Of a DNA stretch of 61,095 nucleotides, positions 40,150-52,492 are shown in pieces (positions within the stretch are counted from its first letter, which is position 1; every line of letters begins with the position of its first letter). The position numbers were made by a program, and so were the translations under genes. Source of the DNA: Paramecium tetraurelia (lineage: Eukaryota); NCBI GenBank assembly GCA_000165425.1, contig CT868033.1, positions 186,001 through 247,095 on the forward strand, in the 5' to 3' direction. The notes below the pieces were generated by a model that saw only the letters and a program-made list of their open reading frames with translations, had not been told where the DNA came from and searched no databases.

Positions 40150-43100
40150 GCATCCAGCAGAAGCAGAAATTTACCTACCATTGCAATAGTTAAGTTTATC
40201 ATCCTCAGTAGTACTCGTTTGGGTGTAACTTGGACATGCTGTTTGTGGAATAACCAAGTTAATTTTGGGGTGAATAAGAACATCCTGTTCCATTAAAATC
40301 TTAATCAACTTATGATTAAGGAGATACATTGTCTAGAAATGAATAATATCTGCAATTTGTTCCACTCGTCCATAAACATTTAGTTCCAACTTATAAAATT
40401 CTGGCTAAACAAAATGCTAATTATACTGTTGATGGAACAATCAATCCACTCAAGCAGCCTGAGCATCTGTACATGTAGTACCGCTAACCCATGAACATCT
40501 TAAACCATCTGATTTAATCCTGGCTTAACAAAATTCTAATTATCCTGAAGGATCTGAGCAAGCTGTGGCAGGGGTAACCCATGTACATCTTTATCCTTTC
40601 TCATTAATTTTTAATTGGCAAAAGGCTAATTTAGTATCATCGCTTGGAAGACTTGAATAACCTGAACATGCACTTTAAGCAGCTACACACTTTGCATCAC
40701 CAGATGTAAATGTACAATATTTAGAATCAGGACCAATATTAGCTTAGCAACTCGTGGTCTTCGCATCATCTGTAGTTCCAGTAGGTGTAACATCAGTACA
40801 TGCATCATTTGCAATACAAGCATTATTAGTAGCGTGTTTCTTGCATCCTAATATTGTTCTTAAGGCGCAATCCGCATCAGCAGCTATATCAGATGTTACA
40901 AGTGTGCATGAAGCAGCATTATCAGCTGGAGCTGCACATGCAGTTCCTCCATTAGTGAAGCCGCAAGCACTTCCTGTTTTATTCTGAGTTTAGAACATTC
41001 TAATGTCTTAGCAGCATCATCTGCCCCAACTAAACCAGTATATTCAGTACAAGCAGTTTTACCAGCAGCACAAGCTCCAGCAGTTCCCAGATTTCTGATC
41101 TCAAGCCAGAACAATAGGTAGCTTAACCTGTAATAATACCAGTTTATATATAACCAGTGCATACATTTTTAGTAGTAATACATATGTTATTATGAAATTA
41201 GCAGTCTCCATCATCTAATCTTTTATTACATTAAGCAGCACTGGTAGGAGAAATGATCTCTTCGTATGTATCTATAGTGGAACATGCTGTTGTGCTTTCA
41301 CCTGAATCATATGAACACTAAGTAGGAATAGTTATATTTTTGAACCTTGAATTACACCATTCTAGTTTAGCTGAACTCTCTTTAATGGTAGTTGGTATTG
41401 TGTGTGATGCAAGCAGCTTAAGTTTGGATACAGAATTGTATCTCCAAATTTAAATCTGCAATTAGCATGATATAATAAACATTCATCATTCCCAGCCACT
41501 GACGTTTTTGTACCGCATGTCGTAGTTTGATACATGCATTTATCTGCTACTGATTTTTCAGTATAATTTAAACATTTATCAGTTGTTCCTGGATATGCAG
41601 ACCATAAAGAGGTCTTATCAATACATCCAATTTCCTTTGTAACATATTAATCAGGTATAAATGTATTGCAATCTGAATCACTTAAACTTATCACATTGTC
41701 TTGGAGTACCAGAAAAACTTGAACATAAAGCTCTTTCACTAATACAACTAGTTCCTTATGTCACACAGCCTTACATTAGATTATCATAAGTGAGATATGA
41801 ATCATCACAGGTTCTTGCTATACAAGCAGCAGAGTATCAATTGTGCGTTTGGCTTTAAAGGCTTGGCAAGCATATTATGTTCCTTCAAATTAAGCAGCAC
41901 AATCAGCATCATCGACACATTTTCTACCATTATTAACACAGTATAATCACCACATCTTGCATTTCTGCATTTACTTGTATCCAATTTACATAGTAAACTG
42001 TTTGTCTTCACACTTTACAAATAGATTTAGCCAATAAGTAACTACAATTAGTCGTACAGATTGAATTCCATCCACAATTAGATGTTCCTTCACAAGTAAC
42101 TTATTTAACAGTATCTTAGCAAACAGTTGTTGAAACACATCCAACTCCAGTGGTAACACATCCACTCTTGTAATCATCACAATATTTGTTTGTAGTTAAT
42201 GATGTTAAAGCTTCAGTACAAACTCTAGCTGCACACTTTCCAGCTGTTCCAGGTTTACATCTACCATCTGATCCATACCATGAATTACAAGATGTTCCAT
42301 CATCTGTATAAGAATATGATGAACATGCAGCTAATGTTGCCACACATCCTTTTCCTGTTGTTTTACAATATGATTAAATTTTCTGACATTCAGCATCTGT
42401 TTTAATAGTTTCCTTTCCATCCAACACACAATCTTTTAAGGCACACTTAGCTGTTGTTGAAGTTCCTTTGCAATTACCATCTGATTCTATCAAGCCAAGA
42501 CATGTAGTTGTTGTTCCATCATATGAGCTACAAGCACCTAATAAGTCAACATATTATTTTCCATTTGATTTGTATCCAGTCTTCCAAGTACCACACTCAG
42601 CATCAGTTGTTGAAGCATTTCCATCATAAGTTGAGCAAGCTCCTCTTATTGCAATATATCCCTTTCCCGTAATTGATTAATCAGCACCTGTACATAATCT
42701 TGCTCTAAAATTATTACTTCCATCTGGATTCAATTCGTAATTTCCATCTGATCCCTTCATCTTTGGGTATGTTTCTGAAGTACCTTAATAACTAGCACAT
42801 AGAGTTATTGAATCAATACAACCAGCACCTGTTGTTTTACAATCTGATAACCAAGTTGAGCAGGCTACATCAGTTGTAAGTGAAGAATCAGCTTCAGTAC
42901 ATATGTAGTCTCTACATGTTTCTCCTTTAAGTTTGTGTTTAATATCAATTGAACTTGTCGATACACTTGTATGGACTCCTTAAGCTACAGATAGTTTCAC
43001 ATTAATCTTTAGTATATCCAACACATTCAAGTTCATCTGTTCTATTTGTTATACACATGTAGATTTGGTTTAGCAATCTGAATGTGTAGTTTTGACATAA

Positions 43101-43391
43101 GCTGAATATCCTGTGAAATGTGTGCATTTTCCATCAACTAAAGCACATCCAAAGGTCTGAGCACAACTTGTAGTCTCTATTTTTAACAATATGATGTAGA
43201 AGTAACAACAGGTGTTGTAGATTTGGCACAAGATTCTGCTTTTTGTGGCTGTTTTCTCTGTCCAAGTGCATCTAAATTTAGTTGCTTTACAATCTGAGGA
43301 TGAATTGAATTAAGTGCAATCATCACATTTATGTATTTTAGTCACTGTCACTTACATAGTTATTGTAAACAGAAGACTTATTAATTTGCAT
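40150..43391 (-). pseudogene. Surface antigen copy 3: inverted, 3'-truncated pseudogene with many internal deletions
   Basis: The reverse complement starts ATGCAAATTAATAAGTCTTCTG (frameshifting deletion in the signal peptide) and aligns in blocks to copy 2 22370-~27080, i.e. ~4.7 kb compressed to ~3.2 kb. ORF-track fragments ATLAACSSYSYTDDGTSCNSWYGSDGRC and GACAAGKTACTEYTGLVGADDAAKTLEC. No GPI tail. Confidence 0.92.
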
Positions 43392-43505
43392 TTTTATTTA
43401 GTAAATTAAATATTAAAGGATTTTTTTTTTGATTATTAAATAGATAAGGTTTTGATTTTTTTTATTATCTCATTTTTTTTATTTATTTTATCTTAATTCT
43501 CATAA
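43392..43505 (-). promoter_or_regulatory. Conserved upstream motifs of antigen copy 3
   Basis: Minus strand: TTATGAGAATTAA (43505-43493), CCTTATCTATTTAATAATCAAAA (43449-43427), ATCCTTTAATATTTAATTTACTAAATAAAA before the ATG. Confidence 0.5.
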
Positions 43506-44818
43506 GCAATTTTATTATTATCTATTAATTGCTTGATATTTTGAGAATTACAATTGAGAATCATTCAATGGATGATTGCATTCTAGATTGGAAATGCTTA
43601 CAATTTTATTCATCCAAATACAGGAAAGTTTATTATTATTTTCTTTAGAACTAATATATATACTATAAACAATATAAATATTATTTCAAATGCTTCTATT
43701 TCACGAAAATTTAAGAAATTGTTGATGGAATGGACAAGTCTGAAAAATTATGGCTAATAGAAGAGTCATCAGAAAGTGTATCTATACTAATTGATATCAG
43801 CTTATAAGTTGTTGATTTAGGAAAATTTGTAGGGAGATTTAAAAAAAGGAGAGTTGTTATAAGTAGGAGATAAAAATGTTGAAATGAAGTATTTAGAATA
43901 ATTTACAATATACAAAAATTGACTTGTGTCTTTCAGATCACAAATAGTCCAATGAGATAGTCATCAAAATAGGTCGGATAATTACAATATTTGGTTTTGT
44001 TTTGATTTTTTCTCTTTGAACAAAAAGGAAATTTAAGAACTTGGAACAAAAATGAACGTTTTATGATTACAATTAATTATTTTCTTAAAACTCTTGAATA
44101 GTACCATATTTTAATTATGGTAAGTACTGTTTATTGGAGATTTAAAATATTTAAACACCAAACTCATGAAAATTGTAATTATGATTTTTATGTCTATATA
44201 AGAACTAATAAATTAAGTATAGATTTATTCTTAAGTTGAATCAGATTTGCATGTGTTTTATTATTACATTATTATTAAATTAGTTGATTTGAATATGAAG
44301 ATTTACATCTATTTTAAATATATCAAAACAAGCATAATCTTAGCATATCTAACAAAAAATCAAAATGCTTAATTGGCAGGAATTTAATTCCTCTAATAAT
44401 ATAGAAGATTGTAAACATTTTTATTTATTCGGTGTTAATTCATATCATTATTACAAAAGTTATTTGTTTGAGATTAACAAGGAGTAGAGCATGTTTTGAA
44501 TTAGCAAACTTAGCATTTATGATCTTATTTTAAATATATCTATAAATTTTATAAAATTGGTGCGATGAATATAGAGGAATAGAATCTCTTTCAAAAATGT
44601 TAAATGATAAAATGATGCATAATGTAAATTAAGAATTGAAACATAGGACTATCTTTCAGTTTGATTTAGATATAGGTTTAAAAATTCTATTTAAGTGAAT
44701 CTTTAAATCGCCATATAAATTAAAATGTTAACTTGAACATGAAAAGAGGTTTCAATAAAAATAGGAAAATTAATTGAATTAAATTATATGTACACAAAAA
44801 CATTGATGTTATCACTCA

Positions 44819-46040
44819 TCAGTTATGTATGAATCTGGGCTTTATTGATTATGAAAATAATCGTTCCTTTCTAAATAATAAATTTATAATTTACTCTTTT
44901 CCAACATACGGTTATTCATCTATAAAAAAATAGTGATCTAAGCATTCTATAACATCTAACCTCTGATATGGATCAGGATGCAGCATTTATGTGACTAAAT
45001 CTACTGCTGCGGGATCTATCTCTAATTGTTGTAATTTAGAGGAATCCTTTTAAAAATATATACGCCTTTAAATTCTTTTATTTTTCAACAATTCATAAAG
45101 CACTACTCCTGCACTATAAATGTCAAATTTATTTGTATGAATAAAACCCTCAATAACCTCAGGTGGTCTATAAAATGGAGATCCACCAAATCTACAAAAC
45201 TCTTAACCAAAAACTGCCTGACTAAAGCCTCCAATCTTAACTTTAGGCTTTTCAAAATTTGTAATAATAATATTTTCTGGCTTGATATCTTTATGCATAA
45301 TGTAATTAGAATGTAGATGCCTTATACCTTAGTTTTATCTAAAAACTTATTACCATTTAATAATTATATCATAATCTCTTTCACAATTTTTAATGGGACC
45401 TTCTTATATCTAGAAAAAATTTGATCCAAAGTAACATATTATTAATAATCCAAAGTTATAAATTATTTCTTCTTATCTATACAATGAGAATTCCATCTCA
45501 GAATATTAGGGTGAGGATTCCTTTAGAGATAGACTTCAATCTTAAATTCATCAACAGGCACCTACACATTTTAGTAGATTCTCTTCATAATTTACTTTTT
45601 TTTCGTACTTTTATCCTTCACAATAATACTCTAAGTTTAAATAAAAATACATTTTATACATTCTCTTAAAAAAATGTTGGTTCCTCCTTTACTTTTTCAT
45701 ACTATTCTTACCATTTTATCGAAATCGGAATCTTACCTTCAATAAAATCCTAAAACCACATCAATTCGTCATATGACTCTCCGCGAACCTTATACCTAGA
45801 TTACTATCTAAAAATTCTGAATCCTTTAGTAAACTCGGTAAAACTAAACAATAATTAATAAATACCTATTCTTTCGCCACTATATAGCCAAATCAACTAA
45901 ATCAAATCTGCAGACAATTTCTTCAAAATTATTCTAATCGTTTATCGCTCTAATATACAATATATCGTCATTTACTAGGATCGTAGGATGAAAAGTACTA
46001 TAATTATTATATTATACCAAATTCAAGATTAATCTTATCA
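44819..46040 (-). CDS. Protein kinase-fold protein with N-terminal extension, DFG Asp absent (probable pseudokinase); several tiny introns; start codon uncertain
   Basis: ...KQIMKRIY...NPHPNILRW...LLN^GIRHLHSNYIMHKDIKPENIII...KVKIGGFSQA...GGSPFYRPPEVI...KFDIYSAGVVLYELL...AVDLVTQMLHPDPYQRLDVIECLDHYFF. GT..AG introns near 45855, 45645 and 45340. Confidence 0.8.
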
Positions 46041-49000
46041 TTTAAAGTAAAACTATTAATAATTTATGCATAAAGCAAAATTAGTATTAATATCGATATA
46101 AAAATATAGAATAAATAGAATTCTGCATATTCAAGAAATTCAACCACATTCTTAGAAAACAGGTAATTATTTACTCTTAAATCAAGGATTATTTGAAAGT
46201 ATTTGTTTATCTCTATTACTATTTTTGAAGACATCTCTTAAAAAGGACAATGGATTTGAGAAATAATGAATAAACAATTGAAGTTAGCGAAGTGTATGTT
46301 ATTTGAGTTAAATATTGTATAGTTTCAATATAATATGGAAATTTAAATTCCTTAAAAATGAATGATTGCTTGAAGGATAAAAAATTAAAATATTTAATAG
46401 AAATTACCTTTGATACAATCACCTCTCAAAACTATTATTTTATATCCTTAACTTCAACTTCACAATAGTGATAGTACCTAAAATTATTGAATGCACATTT
46501 GGGACAATTGTAAGATCATCAGATGATAAGGGGGTCAGAATCCATTGTAAATTCTTGCTGGTTCTTCTGATAGTCTCCAAAGTTCACTAATCTATACTTA
46601 ATTCTGTGATGATAAACTAAGGAGGTGAATAAATTATAATATGGAATAAAATTTGAAATAGTACCTCCATTTCATAGTAGAGTACTGATATTTTTTACAT
46701 ATCTTGTAATACGTGGGCTAAAGACTTGAAATAGAAACTAATTACTAGCTTTGGCTTAATCAATAAATATTAGTCAATTTAGAACTAAAAATCAATAAAT
46801 CCATTACAGTAAATTACAACGAACCTTGCATAAGGACTAGAAGTTCAATTAATAATTTTAACCCTGAAAATTTGTTATATTTACAATGAGAAATGTTATG
46901 AGGAATATTATGAAATAACTATGGATTTTTCTAAATCAAATCTGTTTACAGAATAGTATCTAATGGTGAAAAAAGGCACTAATTCTCTTTTGAGAATATT
47001 TTAGTAAGTGTTTCACATAAAAGTAATTAATTTATAGACAAACGATACCTTAAAAATCATTAGCTTTATATTTTCATTGACTAAAAGAGAATTTATCATA
47101 AATTTACATGAGTTGAATTTTTTATAATATTATTTTTATTGATTTAACAAGTAATTGAATATTAGAATTTTTGCATGTTCCCAGCCTTATAATTCTTACC
47201 GAGGATTTTATTTTGAGTTTTGGATGTTATATATTAAATTGCTATAAGCAAATAAAGATAATAGACTGACTAAGTTATGCTTCTTTTCTAATGGATTAAT
47301 TCAAACTTAAATCATATATCAACAGAATTTTTAAAAGTTAGTTATTTATAAAAATAAATTATTGAATTCATATTAATACAACGCTATTTTGAATAATGTA
47401 TTAGATTAAATCTCACTACATAAATTATTTCTACTCTTATAATTATATATTCCAACCCAATTACAATTATGAGTTGATACTCATTAATTAAATGACTCCT
47501 TTTTATTTATATAAAAATTCATCCTAATGGATACAAGTAAATTTTTCCTTCAATAAACTGATATCATCTAATATTTAAATAACAGTTAGTTAGTTGGTTA
47601 AAACTAAATTATATTTGACTTGATGCTGCAAATCAATATCTACTGTCATATGAAAGAGACCAATTTAATATTAACAATCATGGAAGATCCCTAAAAATAT
47701 ATATGAAAGTTAGAAATTTGGTAGTATTAACTGAATAACTTAGTTGAATACTTACAAAATTTGTTGATTAATATCTATTGTCAGAAGGAAGGCAACCAAA
47801 AATTCAATAGTTTTATGAAATTATTAATTTCGACCTATTTCTCCTTTATAATTTGTCATGCATTAAAGGAGAAAATCAAGCTCTCGCTAACGGCCAGTTA
47901 AGTATATGCTTGAATTATAGAACTTGACCTGTTTGAATTTAATCAGATGATTAATTTTGTTTTCATAAAAAACAATAGTCTCTACTATTCGTTTTGGACT
48001 GGCCTTTTCCATTCAGAATTTGCTGGCGTAAATAAATAACTAAATATACTGGAGTAAAAGTGAGAACTAAAGTACCTGACGTTATGATTACAGTGGTAAA
48101 TTCTAGACTTCTGTCACTTTGGGTTAAGGGGATATCCTTAGTCATATTAAGACTTGATAGAAAGTCAAGGCTTATTGCGATCCAAAAAAAAATGGATAAA
48201 ACAAATAGTTTTGTTATTTGAGCGCTCAATAATTAGAGAGCATGCTTTAAGTTTTCAAAATCCCATTGCTATCATATTTTTTCTATGTTCTTCGATGCTA
48301 TTTGACCTAATATCACTATCTTACAAGATAAAAGCAGAATTTATTATTGATGACTTCCATCATTCCCTTGATATTAGGTCAAAATCAAGTTGTTGTTGAA
48401 TATTCTTATTTTCTGAAAGTCTAAAAATCTCTCTCAGATTTTATTGATTTTAAGATTTAGGCCTGCAAAAGCTAATTAGAATTTTGGAATTTTTTTGTAA
48501 CCATTAAATTTTTGTTAAAAAGTTTATTAATATATTGATAAAATAATGTAGTTTATGGCGATTAGAATTCTTCAAATATCAAAGTGATTTTATTTGAGTT
48601 CTTTAGTAGATATGCAAAAATGTACGTTAAAGTAGAAATTGAATATAGTTTATATCCCATTTAAGAATCATAATATATAAATCATAAAGTACTTATTAAA
48701 TCTTATAATAGAATTTAAAATTATCAAATTCTTTTAATGGATAACATTATATACTTATAATTATGAATTATGTTATTATATATCCTGATGAGTGTTGAAA
48801 TAAGATTCTAAAACACCAATTCTTGCTAGACGATGTTTATTTATTCAAAAAGATCGATTTTGCAATTCAAATTCAATAATTATTAAATTAGTAAACCCAA
48901 GTATCTAGATTAATTATTAAATTAATTTTTATTTAAATTTCTGCATTACTCAAATTTTGTTGAGGGAGATGCATGCAGAAAGTGAAATTATTCTAAAAAT

Positions 49001-49584
49001 CAAAGCTTAGAAAATTCAAGAATTATAATCTATTCATAATTTCAGTATAGTATAATTAGGTTTTAATCTATAAATATTAACAAGGGTAAATTTCAAATTA
49101 ATTATAAATAGAGCTAATACAATTTAGTAAAGTGTTTTATATTATGATTAGTTGCAAAATGAATGATAATAAAAAAACTAGTATTGAATCAATTAGAAAT
49201 TTTGATTAGACATTTTGATTTTGAATCTAAAATAGGATGTCGACAATATAACAACCTTATTTTTCGATAAAGCCTGAGTAAGAGAGAAATGGAAGTAACT
49301 TAGAAACAAAAGGATTCACGATTCACTTATCAAAATCAAATACTTAAGATAATGGAAAAAAAAACTCAAAATTAAATGCCGATCCAAAAGATTTATTAAT
49401 AATTTTGCATAGTCTAACTTATGAATCAAAGATTATAAGTTATTTATCTAATACTAATACTTAAAATAAACTAGTCCAGAATTCATTTAGATATGTGCTC
49501 TAAAATTCTGAGGACATGTAACAATGATAGATATACAGGATAATGAAAATATATTAAATAGAATTAAAAATAATAAAAATATAT

Positions 49585-51346
49585 ATGAATTCGATTGGAG
49601 AATTTGCAATGAAATGTTCTAAAGAAAATCATGATTATGCTTCTTTGACTTGTTTAAATAAAACATGTGAGTCTAGTAGAATTTATTGTGACTAATGCCT
49701 TAGAAATGGAGATCACATAGATCACATTAATGATCAATGGAATTTGTCAAGATTAATTTAGGTTTTTAAGAGTATTGAGAAAAAAAGTAAAACATTAATT
49801 TCAGATTTATGTTTGATGAATGAAGTAATAAATCAACTATTCACTAAATTAAATTAAAAGATAAGAAAAAAATTTCAATATTCTTAAGAAAGAATATAAG
49901 GGTAGGATACAAAACAATTAAATTAAATTTTGGATGAGATTATTAAATATGATGAATTTTAAAAAGAGTTATTAGAGGAACTTCATCACTATTCTGACAA
50001 TATGATTATGTATTTAACAAGATAAATCACAGAATTGAAACTAGATAAATTAAGTGATTATTAATTAGATTTATAAGATATAGAAGAGGTTGAATCTTTA
50101 CATGAAAGTGGTAATAAATCATTAAATTAGGTTATCAATTATATTATAAAGATAATAAATGTAAGGCAGCAATTAAAATAATAGATGATGCATTACTCAT
50201 CAATCCAAAACATCTGAATTCATTACGTACAAAAGGTATAAAATCAGACATTAATGTATTAGCATATTGTTTATAAAGACTTGGTAATTACCATGATGCA
50301 ATTGTATTTGCAGAAAAAGCTTTGTTAATTGAATCAAAACATGTCAAATCTTTATTTATAAAAGGTATAAAATAATATTAATAATAATAAGCGGAATGTT
50401 TAAGAATGCTTGGTCGCTTCAATGATGCAATTATATGGATTGACAAAGCTTTATCAATAGATTCTAAAAATATCAATTCTTTATATACAAAAGGTGGAAA
50501 ATTTCAATATCTGTATTAGCTGAATGTTTATTTATGATTGATAATTACAAGGAAGCAATTCTATGGGCAGATAAAACCTTGTCTATTGATTCAAAGCATC
50601 TCAATTGTTTATTTACAAAAGGTATACATCGCATGTATATGAATAAGCTTATAGTTTATATATGATTGATAACTACAATGAAGCAATTCTCCGGGCCGAT
50701 AAAGCATTATCTATTGATCCCAAGCATGTCAATTCTTTATTTACTAAAAGTATAAAATAAAACAAAAATTTAGCTGAATGTTTACAAAGGCTTGGTAATT
50801 ATAATGATGCAATTTTCTGGGCAGATAAAACTTTGTTGATCGATTCTAAACATGTCAATTCTTTATTTACTAAAGGTATATCATCAGGCAATATGGAAAG
50901 CTGAATGTTTAAGAAGGCTTGGTAACTATAGTGAGGCAATTCTATGGGCCGACAAAGCATTATCGATTGATTCAAAGCATTTCAAGTCGTTATTTATAAA
51001 AGATATTATTTTATTCTATTTTAGGAGAATCATCATGTTCTAAGAGATGATATAAAAATTTAGCAATGATGCATAGATATGACAATGCAATTTAGATTTT
51101 AGATCAAGTATTGGAAAACAATCCAAATCATTATTAATCTCTAGTTTGGAAAGGTTAAAAATATTTCTAGTTATTAGGAGGCTGTTTACAATCATTAGCA
51201 AATTACTAACAAGCTATATGTCTTTATAGTAAGGCTATTTTGATCAATCCAAATTTGTGCATAAGTTCAAAATCAAAAATGTATATTAAGATATTTATGT
51301 AGCTGAATGTGAAAATTAACTAAAGAAATATCAAATGATAATTTGA
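49585..51346 (+). CDS. TPR-repeat protein with N-terminal Cys/His (B-box-like) zinc motif and coiled coil; one TPR-length exon per repeat; 3' part has lesions (possibly a young pseudogene)
   Basis: MNSIGEFAMKCSKENHDYASLTCLNKTCESSRIYCDQCLRNGDHIDH..., then repeats such as AECLRRLGNYSEAILWADKALSIDSKHFKSLFIK. Phase-1 introns 50111-50130, 50236-50262, 50365-50391, 50494-50519, 50622-50647, 50750-50773, 50876-50900, 51003-51024 (AT donor), 51154-51177, 51281-51302. TGA at 51344-51346. Confidence 0.85.
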
Positions 51347-52492
51347 ACTATCTAATCTATTTGATGATTATCATGAAGTGAATTATGTTATCTTCTTTTA
51401 ATTATTTTGGCAATAAATCTTTAAACCTACTCTAAATTTATTATTTATAAAATTTAAACCAAATAAGAGAAGTAGAAACAGAGGAAAATAATAAAGAATA
51501 ATGATCACTCAGTTTAGTAATGTTTATTCTAAAGAATAAGATAACTCTTATTCCTATAAATTAGATTCTTATTATTAGTTAGGGACTTAAACAAAATATC
51601 ATTTTATAGTTATTATTCTCCTAATCCCAAGTCACCAATTATATATATTAATTGTTCTGATAGTGGGCTTTTGTTCAATGTTATTGGGCATTTTGAATAA
51701 ATATGGTAATACACTGCCATCAACTTAATCTCAACGAGAAATTAATTTTATTTAGTTTTATTGTTCCGTTTGTATATGTCAAAATATTGTCATCTTTCAT
51801 GCCCTTAACAAATTTTCTTTATAAAGGGATTTGACTATTTACGCTAAACTAAAGGAGCATTCATTTTTAATGATAAAATTCTAATGCTTCTAAATGAAAA
51901 TCTATGGTCCCTAATTTGCTTTCCATCTAACAGCTATATTTGAAGAATCCATTTAATGCAATTGTATAACAGAATTCTTTGGCAATATATATTCAAAAAT
52001 TCTGAAAAATAATTATTGATTAATAGTTATCATATATTATCAATAAATAGTAAAAATTACCTAACTATTATAATGACAAGAGAATTTTAGCAGAATGATT
52101 TATACTGTTGGTTTTTTATGGGGGATTTTATGTGTATAACAGAAACATCGACAAGACATTCCTTAATAAATAATTATTAATGAAATTTATCTAATAGAAG
52201 TATTTTGGGTTAATTAAATGCTGTAAAAATAATGTTAAAGTCTTTGATAATATTTGTAAATTATATGAATTAATTCATTTTTATGATCTGCATTGAAATG
52301 ATATATGTAATATAATTCTTAAAGATAGCAAAGAAATAAAGCATGATACTAAGTTGGGATGAACATCAATTTTTCAGTCGAGATTAATAATAATTTTAAC
52401 TGCAATTTTGTATTAAAAATTCCTAATTCTATTAGAATTTAAATTAGAGAAGGGAAGATTAAAATGAACAAAATCAATTTTGAAATATTTAA

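Noticed and set aside
50236..51030. Regular ~128-nt periodicity resembling a repeat-spacer (CRISPR-like) array
   Set aside because: Fully explained by 102-nt TPR exons plus ~25-nt introns in a eukaryotic gene.
51650..52000. Possible minus-strand WD40 relic (EFCYTIALN, QGHE)
   Set aside because: Too fragmentary to support without a profile search.
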